Part shown: positions 1-9,847 of the stretch, in pieces
Position numbering within the stretch: position 1 is the stretch's first letter
How the letters are laid out: each line of letters begins with the position of its first letter
DNA from: Trichomonas gallinae
Taxonomy: Eukaryota
Direction of reading: 5' to 3'
DNA length: 64,000 nucleotides
Assembly: GCA_008369845.1 (NCBI GenBank)
Contig: MRSU01000590.1
Location: 1 to 64,000, forward strand
The notes under the pieces: model-generated
Databases searched by the model: none
The model's input: the letters and a program-made list of their open reading frames with translations, nothing else
What the model was told of the DNA's origin: nothing
Program-made: the position numbers and the translations under genes

Positions 1-2
1 TT

Positions 3-320
3 GAATCAAATTGTAATTTTTCTTCATGTAATATATTTGACAATGCTGACACTAAGACAAATCGTTTATTTTATTTTTATGATTCAAAAAAACTAGCAAT
101 CTCAAATTGTTACATCAAAAATGAAAACGCAAAAGAAAACTATCCAGAAGATTTAAATCTAGATTCAATTGGAAGCAAAAATATTATTCTTGTTGTTGGA
201 ATAAGCTGCAAGCAATACGTAATTCTCCAAATTCAGCAAAATCCATGTGAATGTTCACTCAAAACCACCTGCTTCCACATTTCTACGATGGAATCTCTTA
301 TTCCTATTGCTTCTAAATAA
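3..320 (+). CDS. 3' end of a trichomonad beta-helix-like (Asn/Cys/Ser-rich) family protein, truncated by the window edge
   Basis: Frame 3 is open from base 3 to TAA 318-320: ESNCNFSSCNIFDNADTKTNRLFYFYDSKKLAISNCYIK...PCECSLKTTCFHISTMESLIPIASK. The xxCNxxDN / ISNCY pattern matches the paralogues at 9848, 29540, 36842 and 59951. Not in the ORF track. Confidence 0.6.
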   Translation, partial: ESNCNFSSCNIFDNADTKTNRLFYFYDSKKLAISNCYIKNENAKENYPEDLNLDSIGSKNIILVVGISCKQYVILQIQQNPCECSLKTTCFHISTMESLIPIASK

Positions 321-955
321 ATTCTATTTTGAAATTTAGAAAATTTATTAAATATTGTTATTTTCGAAATCGAATACTTGATATAGTTTATGTAAGAAAT
401 ATTTCTGTAAAATCACATAATATTTACAGAGCTTATTTATCTCAGATATAAGATATCAAAAATCATGTTATTGAAAACGAGATTTTGAGATAATAAGTGA
501 TGATCAAGTCAATAAATTGAGTAAGGAGAAAATCAACATTGAATGATGTTCATATATTAAAGTATCTATAGTACAATCTTTCAAAGTGATTCTATATGTA
601 TATATTGATGTTACAACATGTCATGGAATATATTTGGCTCATATATAACTATAATATATTATGGTCACAGCGGGATGCATTAATTTTTATTTATCCAAAA
701 ATATTAGTGATAAAAAACAAATAATAACCATTTCATTAGTGATTATGGATATAATATATAACAATTTTATCAACAAAAATGCTAAATAATGTATATTATT
801 TTTTTCTTATTTAAAATTCTAAAAATTAATATAATGTTATTAGGCAAAGATTAACATGTATATCGTGGCTCATCTATTTATCGCGTAATTTCGAAGATGA
901 TGATGCGGAATTACATTGGTGTCATTGCGGTTTTGTTGTCCATTTTCGTTGACTG

Positions 956-1612
956 ATGGCGAAAGATAGCATCAACATCTACATATCAGACCTGCCTCCT
1001 TCCTTCCAGAGGAATGACCTTGAAGAGCTTGCGAAACCATTTGGTGATGTTCTCTCTGCAAAAATAATGATTGACTTGAAAACATCTAAATCCAAATGCT
1101 ATGGATTCATAAGGATCAGTCCAGCATCAAGTGGAATGGCTGCAGTCAATGGATTGAATGGTTTTGTTGTTGATGGACATAAATTAGTTTGCAGAGTTAC
1201 AGATTCAAGTGAGAGCTTCGGAGACGAGTCCAATTGGATCTTCGTGCGAGGAATTAAAGTCACTACACCAATAAAAGACGTGAGGAAACTTTTCTCAAAG
1301 TTTGGAAACATCCAAAAGATCAAAATCAAAGGAAAGAAAGGCAGTCTCAGAGGATTTATAATAAAGTATGAGACCATAGAGTCTGCATCCGACGCAATTC
1401 GTGCACTGAACAACACGAAATACAAAGACGAGCTCTACCCAATGTACATTCAATTCATCAATGACCCATCAAGCTCATCGCAGTCTTCTTCACCGACAAG
1501 TTCGTCTACTTCTTCTCCAGAAAGTAGCCCAGAGAAAGAGAACGAAGAAGAAAAGTCAAAGAATCCTGAAATTGACTTTCAAGATTGGCGATATATGCTT
1601 GACGAATTCTAA
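956..1612 (+). CDS. RNA-binding protein with two RRM domains and a Ser-rich/acidic tail
   Basis: RNP2 NIYISDLP, RNP1 KCYGFIRI; second RRM WIFVRGI...RGFIIKY...AIRALN. Confidence 0.9.
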   Translation: MAKDSINIYISDLPPSFQRNDLEELAKPFGDVLSAKIMIDLKTSKSKCYGFIRISPASSGMAAVNGLNGFVVDGHKLVCRVTDSSESFGDESNWIFVRGIKVTTPIKDVRKLFSKFGNIQKIKIKGKKGSLRGFIIKYETIESASDAIRALNNTKYKDELYPMYIQFINDPSSSSQSSSPTSSSTSSPESSPEKENEEEKSKNPEIDFQDWRYMLDEF

Positions 1613-2260
1613 GTTTAGCTATTCAATATTAAACATTCCAACACAATTGCTCTTTCATTTTATCACAACAACCAAAATATTTGCAAAAAGCATATAATAA
1701 TTAAAGAGTTCTTTAAATGATCGTTGTTTAATCCATTAACTATAGTTATTCAATATGATTTCATGTTTACCTATATATCGGATATATATGCACAGATTCA
1801 CAATTTTGTTACATTTGTTATTAGACCATGAAAATTTTCGCAAACTTTAAAGCATAGAATAATACATACTATAGTATTCTATATATTTTTACAATTTTGG
1901 ATGTTCAATTCCTACTAGAAACTGATTTTTGTGGGAAAAAAAAAAAAAAAATGGTCTCGAGACTGGCCTACTAACAAAATTTTGGTATATTCATTGATCA
2001 ACCGATATTGAATCATCACAATTCTCGATTTAATCATCAGCACATAAAAAACTATATAATATATCGTGATGTGATTAGAATTATAACGATAATAGTGCTG
2101 CAATTTCCATCCTTTATCAAATCATTTAATTTATTCACCCAATACACATAAAATACTGCTTTACTATGCACTAAGGTTTTCTATATCCTTGCTTAATGGT
2201 TTGATGTATCAAAGCTAATACGTTTAGAATGACATGTAAAATAAAATTTTGTCAAGTAAA

Positions 2261-2836
2261 ATGTCATTCTTAAAAATGGAAATTACAAAAATTCTCTGTG
2301 AAATTACCGACAAGTTGGAAGAATCCCCAATTGTCTCTTTTATTTTAGGTGATAACGCATCGAAGATGAGAAAAACACGCTCGAAAGCTAAGATTAAATC
2401 TTTTGAACAAATAAAAAGTGATGTTCAACAAAATAAGTATAATAATATTGAAGCATGGGCTAATGATATTAGAATTTTATTCAATAATATTCATGTTAGT
2501 GAAGATTTCGATGATCCGATAAAAAAAGATCTTAATAACAAGCTGAACGATTTGCTCAAAAAGCATGGTGTAGATGAATGGAATGAAACACTTATGCATT
2601 ACAAATTAAAATTATCACAACTGATGCAAAATCCGCCAATTATTTTAAGTCCATTGCAAACACTTGTGTTTAAGATGCAAAACATGAAAGATTCCCAAAA
2701 GAACTCCCAAATACTGCAAATAATAAAACAATATCAACCTGAATTAATCAAGTCAACATCAATCGAAAAAATTGATTTGGTTAAACTATACCCCGAAACA
2801 ATCAAGTCTATTATTACATGCATCGACCAAAAATGA
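2261..2836 (+). CDS. Degenerate bromodomain + ET-like domain protein (BET-like)
   Basis: FEQIKSDVQQNKYNNIEAWANDIRILFNN resembles bromodomain helices A/B; ILQIIKQYQPEL...KIDLVKLYPETIKSI resembles an ET domain. The track start 2249 is TTG; in-frame ATGs are at 2261 and 2276 (the latter preceded by Inr-like TCATT). Confidence 0.65.
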   Translation: MSFLKMEITKILCEITDKLEESPIVSFILGDNASKMRKTRSKAKIKSFEQIKSDVQQNKYNNIEAWANDIRILFNNIHVSEDFDDPIKKDLNNKLNDLLKKHGVDEWNETLMHYKLKLSQLMQNPPIILSPLQTLVFKMQNMKDSQKNSQILQIIKQYQPELIKSTSIEKIDLVKLYPETIKSIITCIDQK

Positions 2837-3196
2837 CCCAATCATGCTATTATCCATACCTATCGAATAATGAATATTTCATTGATTGATATTTGATGGC
2901 TCTAATTCATCTATATGGATTGCATTATTAGAATAGACTTTGATTATTAATATATTTTGTTTGTTTTGTTTACATTTTAAACTATTTCATATTAGATATA
3001 ATACCAAATGAATCGAAATACACATGGACGCATTACTTTGAGCTACCTCATTATCACAATAATGTCCTTTTTGAGAAATAACTATTTTTATTTTTCACAC
3101 GTAAATAATATTTTGACATGTAAATTACTCTTATTGCAATTTTTGCCATGTAAATTTTATACCAAAATTTGTGAAATATTTGAAATTTTCTGAAAA

Positions 3197-4162
3197 ATGA
3201 TTTTCTTCCTGATTTCACAGTCTTTATCTTGGTGGGGCCACTCTCATATGATGATAGGACGCATTGCCGAGAATATGTTAACATCATCAGAGAGAAAGAA
3301 GTTAGAAGCAGTCATTTCTTATGGTTCTTTACCATCACAAACAATCACAGAAGCAACAACATGGCAAGATGACTTGAAAGATACATATGATATGCAAGCA
3401 ATGGGCATCTGGCACTTCACGAACCGTCCAATCATAAGAACCGATGGTGTAAATATTCCACCTCCAAAATTTGATGTATTAACAGTATTAAACAGCTCGT
3501 GGAGAGCTTTAACAGATAAAACTACGACAGATCCATGGGTGTTGGCTTTCCACATCAGAAATCTTCTTCACTTTATCGCTGATGTTCACACTCCTCATCA
3601 CAATGTCGCACTTTACGATAAAGATCTGTTTCCAAATGGTGATGCTGGTGGTAATGGATACAAATTGAACTGCGTTTATGGATCTGCTTGCAATAATATT
3701 CACTTTTTATGGGATTCAGCGGGACTCATGTTTAATCTATTTAATCCATTGTATCCGAAATATAGAGATGAATTCGCTGAGAACGCTACAAACATCGTCA
3801 AAGATCTCCCAGAATCTTATTTTAGCAATAAAGATCTTAAATCATTCAAACCACAATCCTGGTCTGACGAGTCCTTCGAAGTAGTCAAGACTTATGGTTA
3901 TAATACCACTATGTATGGTTGGCCGCAAGAAACATATTTTTCTACTGTTAGATATCAGTGCAAACTCAGGATAGTCATTGCTGGATATCGTCTTGGATAC
4001 ATTTTAAAGTCTCTCGTTAACGATATTCCAATATCTGTTCCTAATAATGCAAGAGAAATTGTTATATGGATTGTTGATGCCATTTTAGTAGTACTTTCCA
4101 TTGTTTTGGTAAATTTATTGGGGTGCAAACGTAATTCAATTCTCAATCAAGCTTTAATGTAA
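3197..4162 (+). CDS. Class I (S1/P1) nuclease / 3'-nucleotidase with signal peptide and C-terminal TM helix
   Basis: Signal MIFFLISQSLS then WWGHSH; WQDD, WHF, HFIADVHTPHH, GDAGGN and IHFLWD zinc-ligand motifs; TM IVIWIVDAILVVLSIVLVNLL. Confidence 0.92.
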   Translation: MIFFLISQSLSWWGHSHMMIGRIAENMLTSSERKKLEAVISYGSLPSQTITEATTWQDDLKDTYDMQAMGIWHFTNRPIIRTDGVNIPPPKFDVLTVLNSSWRALTDKTTTDPWVLAFHIRNLLHFIADVHTPHHNVALYDKDLFPNGDAGGNGYKLNCVYGSACNNIHFLWDSAGLMFNLFNPLYPKYRDEFAENATNIVKDLPESYFSNKDLKSFKPQSWSDESFEVVKTYGYNTTMYGWPQETYFSTVRYQCKLRIVIAGYRLGYILKSLVNDIPISVPNNAREIVIWIVDAILVVLSIVLVNLLGCKRNSILNQALM

Positions 4163-4363
4163 ATCTATTATATTTTTGATATTATTGAAAATTAATAAAG
4201 AAAATTTATTGTATGATACTTGGCTGATCGTATTAAGCATATAATCATGTTTTTAAATAAATATTTATATTTCTGTCATGTAAATATTTTTTGCCGAATT
4301 ATTGTCATGTAAAAAATTTATTTGTCAAAATATTTTGCCACGTAAATTAAGTTTATTTGTCAA

Positions 4364-6460
4364 ATGACTTTGCGCGAACTATTTAAAGTTACACCGAAAA
4401 ATGTTGGCGATGCGAGTGCTCTTGTAAGTCTACGTTCGACTATCCAGGAAAAGATGAACAGATTCTCAACGACAAATTTTGATACCGAAGAAAAAGGATT
4501 ATTCATTTTATTAGCAAATAACGTAAATTTAACGAATTACATGGATTCATTAGGAGATGCCATCGAAAAGGTTGTAAATTATATCATCGAAGTTAACAAA
4601 AAATTCTTTAATGAGCTTACACCAGAAATTATTCACGAAAATGAGCTAGAATTCCTCCATTACTGCTCAAAGAAGTCTCAAACATCATTCAAGAACCTTT
4701 TCATGTCGATATTTAAAGAATTATCATGTTTTTACAAAGATGCTCCAGCATTTTTCACTTGTCTTCGTAATAAAATACCTGAACTTAATCAATACATCAC
4801 TCAATCCAAGGAAATGATGCAATTGTTCTTGTTAAAATGCATGAGATTCACTGAAGATTCCCAAAATGCTTCAATAACAAAAGGAATTTCAAAGAGAGAG
4901 TCTAATATTGATGACTGTGCAAATGCAAGATTCTTCATAATCACGATTTTACCAAGAACAATTCCAGAACAAATGTCTAGAGAATTATTGAGATTTAAAG
5001 TTACAGACTTGTTACTTGATTTCAACATATCCGTTCCACAGCATTTCTCCGAATCTTCACTAATTCACCCTGCTTCTCCTCAAGTTTTACAGAGCTATAT
5101 TCCAACTTTTTGCGAGAAGATGTTATTAGCAAATGGTGGCAATATTACATCACTTCTCAGCGATTTAGACAGGGATCAGCGAACAGGATTCCTTTGCGAT
5201 TGCATTAGATGGAGTTTGAATTTAGCAAACTTCCAGGATCCAAAAGAACGTGCTTCCTTCGTCCACAGCATCCTGCACACTTCAGATAACAACTTAGAAA
5301 TCGTTAATATTTTAATTTCATTATCTCTCGAATATTTAACTTTTAATAGAGATAACAAAGAAGACGAAATTATCTGCTTGACACTTATTAATGTCATCCG
5401 CAGCTATGAAAGAATCTCACAGACAACTTTTCTTGATTTTATCGAAACAATTGCAATTGAATTCCCAATTTTCGCAGAAGGCATCGCAAAAGCTCAGCAG
5501 AGAACAAACAAGAAGATGAGATTCAAGAAACTCGTACTACCTCAAATTGAAGCTGAAATTCCACAGATTGATTTAAAGAAAGAACTAGGCATCATTCAGA
5601 ACAAATTAAAATGGAACAGAGGACATACACTGGACCTTTCACAGCTAATTTCAATGGTTGAACCAACTTTTGTGAAATTGAAATTTACAGTTCCATTAAA
5701 TAACAGTGAAGATCTGAATCTTGTATTGCAATCGGATGTTCGTATTGTTTCAAGCATGTGTTGCGCATTTCCTGTAATTTTTCAATATTATATTTTTAAT
5801 TATCCAACAAACACACAAGAAATCACAGATATTGCAACGCAAATGCTAGAAGAAAAGTCACAAGCTCTTATTAACACATTTGTTATGGCAATTCCATTAG
5901 TTCCAGAAATAATTGATGTTATTTCTGGAATGTCAAGTTTATTAGAATCAAGAACAGATGTTTCCGAGATTATCCGCGTGGCTTGTCATCACTGTACAAT
6001 CGATGAACTCGATAAGCTCATGAAAACTCCATTCTTTACACAACCAGGAGAACAAACGAATTTACTTTTCAAGGCTTCGACATCATGGCATAGGATTGCT
6101 CAGACTGCGTTTTGGCATATTGTTGCTTACGCTTTTGATGTAAATCATCGATCTTATATTTTGAATTCAGTCATTGAGACTTCAATTCACTTTTCTAATA
6201 TCGGAAGAATTAGATTTTCCAATATATTATCATCAACTCCGCCATCTGCTGAAAATCTCAAAGCAGTTGGAATTTTGATCAACAAAAGCGATACATGGCA
6301 GCAGGAATGCGTGAAGATACTGACTTTGTGGACCAAAGTAGACATGAAACTTCTCACAAAGAACTTCCAGATAGAAAAAGATTCTGCTTCTTCAATTAAA
6401 TCCATATTAAAACAAAGAATAGGTTTGTCTGATAACATGATTCTCCTAATTAATGCTTAA
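4364..6460 (+). CDS. Alpha-helical protein, candidate divergent Integrator subunit 3 / SOSS-A homologue
   Basis: 698-aa ORF. Segments MRFTED...KRE...ARF, IHPASPQVLQS, ASTSWHRIAQTAFWHI and ILTLWTKVDMKLL align by eye, in order, with remembered INTS3 blocks. Confidence 0.5.
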   Translation: MTLRELFKVTPKNVGDASALVSLRSTIQEKMNRFSTTNFDTEEKGLFILLANNVNLTNYMDSLGDAIEKVVNYIIEVNKKFFNELTPEIIHENELEFLHYCSKKSQTSFKNLFMSIFKELSCFYKDAPAFFTCLRNKIPELNQYITQSKEMMQLFLLKCMRFTEDSQNASITKGISKRESNIDDCANARFFIITILPRTIPEQMSRELLRFKVTDLLLDFNISVPQHFSESSLIHPASPQVLQSYIPTFCEKMLLANGGNITSLLSDLDRDQRTGFLCDCIRWSLNLANFQDPKERASFVHSILHTSDNNLEIVNILISLSLEYLTFNRDNKEDEIICLTLINVIRSYERISQTTFLDFIETIAIEFPIFAEGIAKAQQRTNKKMRFKKLVLPQIEAEIPQIDLKKELGIIQNKLKWNRGHTLDLSQLISMVEPTFVKLKFTVPLNNSEDLNLVLQSDVRIVSSMCCAFPVIFQYYIFNYPTNTQEITDIATQMLEEKSQALINTFVMAIPLVPEIIDVISGMSSLLESRTDVSEIIRVACHHCTIDELDKLMKTPFFTQPGEQTNLLFKASTSWHRIAQTAFWHIVAYAFDVNHRSYILNSVIETSIHFSNIGRIRFSNILSSTPPSAENLKAVGILINKSDTWQQECVKILTLWTKVDMKLLTKNFQIEKDSASSIKSILKQRIGLSDNMILLINA

Positions 6461-6698
6461 TTTTACTATACATTGTTTGAATAAAAATAGAGAAAATTAT
6501 TAATTACACTCTCGATTTAGATACTTCATCATCATCTGTAGATCCAAATATAGATCATAAGACCCATGAATTGTTTGAAATGTAATTATATTATTTTTGA
6601 ATATTTTTTTATTAGAATTTTGCGCAAGATGTTTAAATTTCCTTGAAGAACTCCATATTTTAAATGCCCAGGCTTTGTTTTAAAATGAAAAATAATAT

Positions 6699-6878
6699 AG
6701 GGTTTGTAAAAATATAAGTGGGGTTATGTATTTTAGGGTCTGTATATATATGTATGGGGATATATCATTTAGGTTCCGTAAAAATATAAATGGGGTTTGC
6801 TAATTCAGGGTCTTTTAAAATATAAATGGGGTTATCAAATATAGGGGCTGGTAAAATATAAGAGGGATTTCATTATAA
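6699..6878 (+). repeat. Degenerate tandem array, 5 units with exact 36-bp period, directly upstream of the NTPase ATG
   Basis: Units start at 6699, 6735, 6771, 6807 and 6843. Consensus approx. AGGGTYTGTAAAAATATAARTGGGGTTWT + A/T-rich tail. Confidence 0.85.
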
Positions 6879-7435
6879 TGATTCATAACTGGTATAATAT
6901 TAATGGTGGAATAGGAAGTGGCAAGACAAGTCTCTTGAAGCAGCTCGTAGCACGCGCATTGAACAAAAACATTCCAGTTTTCGGATTTTATCAACCATTA
7001 TTAAAAGTCAATGGTGTTAGACAGGGATATGATATAGTTGTATTAGGAACTGGCATAGAAAAGACATTTCCATTTGTAAGACCGCGTGAAACTGTAAGAG
7101 AAGATGGAATGATATGGAAATTTGATGAAAACGCTTTGCTGAACACAGAGAAGTTCTTTGATTCTTTAGTAATACCAAAAAGGAAGTCTATTATCATTTT
7201 TGATGAATATGGACGCTTAGAATCAAAAGGAAAAGGACAATGGAACAATTATAATAAATTATTATCGAAATTCACAGATAATGGCGTGAAAACATCATCT
7301 ATTATCACATCACGCGATCAAACAATAGATTTACTTAGAAATTCAATGAAAAATATTGGTTTCGGAATTGAAACAATGCAGTTGAATCTTCCTTCTACCA
7401 ATATAGATAAATTTATGAGCACTGTGTTAGAATAG
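6878..7435 (+). CDS. P-loop NTPase, NTPase_1 (THEP1) / DUF2478-like
   Basis: Walker A GGIGSGKTS; VFGFYQ; GVRQGYDIV; Walker B IIIFDEYGRLESKGKG. Confidence 0.85.
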   Translation: MIHNWYNINGGIGSGKTSLLKQLVARALNKNIPVFGFYQPLLKVNGVRQGYDIVVLGTGIEKTFPFVRPRETVREDGMIWKFDENALLNTEKFFDSLVIPKRKSIIIFDEYGRLESKGKGQWNNYNKLLSKFTDNGVKTSSIITSRDQTIDLLRNSMKNIGFGIETMQLNLPSTNIDKFMSTVLE

Positions 7436-7823
7436 TCTTATCCTAATTAAATTTCGCTGGATAACAAAGAAATAAATTTGATTTCTTTAGATCTTTTAGG
7501 TGCTATAGAATGCTTATAAAATAGTATCGCTTTTCAACAATATAATATAGATCAAAAATTTATATTTTTATCAGAATATTTTTCAATTTCTAATTTAACA
7601 TATTTACATCATATATACTTTATAAATGAATCAATAGTGGAAGAATTTAGGCTATATTTTCATAGAAAGCTCAATTCTAGAAAAATCATTTTTAATATTG
7701 GGTTTAGGTTATGGAAAATATAGCATTAAAGGTACAGAACATGCGATGCAAACCCAATGACTTAGACTAATCATTATTCATGATTAATAAAATATAATGA
7801 TTTACAAAATACAAACAAATAGT

Positions 7824-9443
7824 TTATTTAGGACCTCCGAGCCATCTTGTGACAGAGATAATGAAAACAATAATAATAAGCCAAAGAAGCAAAGCTTTGT
7901 TGTTTGTTAATTCTTCGTAACCATTATATTCGAAGAACTGTTCTTGCGTTGGGAGTACATAAGTTTCGTTTATCTGGTTTGATGTTTCATCGACTGGATT
8001 TGTTATAGTTATTACGCTCATTGCTTTCTTCTTCATGTCGACGACATCATTGGGCTCGTTCATGTCTGGGATAGTGATTTTGGGGACGCATTTTGGAACT
8101 CTCTTCAAAGTTCTCACGCGATTTCCTGATTTATTGTGTTTTTCAGTATTTTCGGCTAGAAGCTGGTATGTAGATACACTGAGCGAATGTGCTGAGAATT
8201 TGAGGAAATTATTCATAGAATTCGAATCATCCGAATTATCAATTTTGTGGATTGGAGCTACAGCAGCGAGAGCACCTTCAGTGTATGGCAATGTTCCATG
8301 CTTCATGTTTTCGTGTATTTCATCCGATTCTTCTGTTGATTTCGGCATCTGAAAATCTTTAAACGAGTCATGAATGATTTCATCGATAACAGACTTAATA
8401 ACTTTCGGTCTAGATGTCTTTATAGCCCATTTCGTGTGAGTAACGAACTCAATTAAAAGATTCTCTCCATCGAACATCGTTCCAACAATTTCTGGCGTTT
8501 TTCCAAGCTCTGTAATGTTTGTTGACAGATCTTTGGCAATCCAGATCTTTTCTGGTGTGATATATAGGTATCTTCTCGCTGAAAATAAAGAACCAACAAC
8601 TTTAAATTTGACTTTTTCCATGAATGCGCATTGGCATCCGTCATTAACTAAAGTGTTGAAGTAATACTGAAGGGCTGACTTAGAGTCGAGCTTCGCACAG
8701 CGCCTTATATGGAAAACCGTTCTTTCGATTAGTTCAGATTCGGAAGAAATCTTAACAGCTGGTGAAACGCAGCGGCTTATGTTCTGGCGAACATAGCTTT
8801 CAGTGATAGAAGGAATTTTTTCTGATAAAAACTGATATGCAGCTAATTGGCCCCAAATATCAACTGGATAAGCAGAAATTGATAATTTATGCGCAAACCT
8901 GCAGTTTTCGATGTAATTTGCAATGACTGAGTCATCAAAATCCCATATATCTAAAATCGGTATCTTTTTTATCAAGAAAATCGTGTCATGAAACCAACCT
9001 TGCACGCAGAGGGGCAGTGAGAACGCGCACATCTTATACGATAAATTTTCTTTGCCTTCTTTTTGATATTGAAAACCTAAATTGTAATTTAAGGGAAATT
9101 CGTTGATTACGTCAAATATTATATTGAAAACTGGCTTAAGAACATCAATCTGCTTCTGAACGTAAGAATCAACAGTTTTGAAAACGCATAAAACAAATCT
9201 TGGCATTGCTTTAAGATTTATTTCTCCTTTAGACGACAAAGAAGCAACAGTTTTGGAATCTTCCAGTATTTCGAAGTTTCCATCAGCTTGTTCCTCGATC
9301 ATAAGAAGATCTCCATAATGAAAAACGTCAATTTTTGTTTTAAGACTTTCTTTCAGTTTGCCTATAGTAGACTTGTCTGGAATATTCATGCTGGCAATGA
9401 GAATCTTCGAATTCTGCATAAAGCTAATATTAATAGATTTCAT
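7824..9443 (-). CDS. FERM-like domain protein with C-terminal transmembrane/tail anchor
   Basis: Ubiquitin-like N-terminal lobes, QLAAYQF central-lobe motif, PH-like lobe (RRYLYITPEKIWI), terminal LLLWLIIIVFIISV. Confidence 0.55.
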   Translation of the reverse strand: MKSINISFMQNSKILIASMNIPDKSTIGKLKESLKTKIDVFHYGDLLMIEEQADGNFEILEDSKTVASLSSKGEINLKAMPRFVLCVFKTVDSYVQKQIDVLKPVFNIIFDVINEFPLNYNLGFQYQKEGKENLSYKMCAFSLPLCVQGWFHDTIFLIKKIPILDIWDFDDSVIANYIENCRFAHKLSISAYPVDIWGQLAAYQFLSEKIPSITESYVRQNISRCVSPAVKISSESELIERTVFHIRRCAKLDSKSALQYYFNTLVNDGCQCAFMEKVKFKVVGSLFSARRYLYITPEKIWIAKDLSTNITELGKTPEIVGTMFDGENLLIEFVTHTKWAIKTSRPKVIKSVIDEIIHDSFKDFQMPKSTEESDEIHENMKHGTLPYTEGALAAVAPIHKIDNSDDSNSMNNFLKFSAHSLSVSTYQLLAENTEKHNKSGNRVRTLKRVPKCVPKITIPDMNEPNDVVDMKKKAMSVITITNPVDETSNQINETYVLPTQEQFFEYNGYEELTNNKALLLWLIIIVFIISVTRWLGGPK

Positions 9444-9847
9444 TTTTAAAATTTGTCATATTGACACGTAAATATATTAATTTTGAATTTATGACAAGTA
9501 AATTTAAATTGAATATTTTACATTACAAAAATTATTTCATCAAGAAAAAATAATTTTTTAAAATAACGAATTTTTTTGTAGATTTTTGAAAAATGCAAGA
9601 AAACTGGTGTATTCAGCCTTATATAGTTGTATACATACTAAGCTCATTATATATAGAATCACTCATTTATTTTGATTCATTTTGATAAATTTTCTTTTTC
9701 TCTCAGAGACAAAGAGACAACAATTCTTCAAACATGAATGAATCCTGTATTTTATTGCACTAATAGAATGTTATCCAATGTGTTTTAAATCACAATTTGA
9801 AAAAATAAATCTAATCTTTTTTGAATTAAGCTGAAAGATTGATTTAT

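Noticed and set aside
897..956. Box C (ATGATGA) ... box D (CTGA) snoRNA-like arrangement
   Set aside because: It overlaps the RRM start codon, has no terminal stem or recognisable rRNA guide, and is better explained as promoter/5' UTR (TCATT, GCGGTT).
1936..1963. A16 tract followed by palindrome GTCTCGAGAC as a retro-insertion tail
   Set aside because: No target-site duplication or element body recognisable.
6699..6878. 36-bp periodic array as a CRISPR array
   Set aside because: Units are contiguous and degenerate with no unique spacers, there are no cas genes, and the context is eukaryotic.
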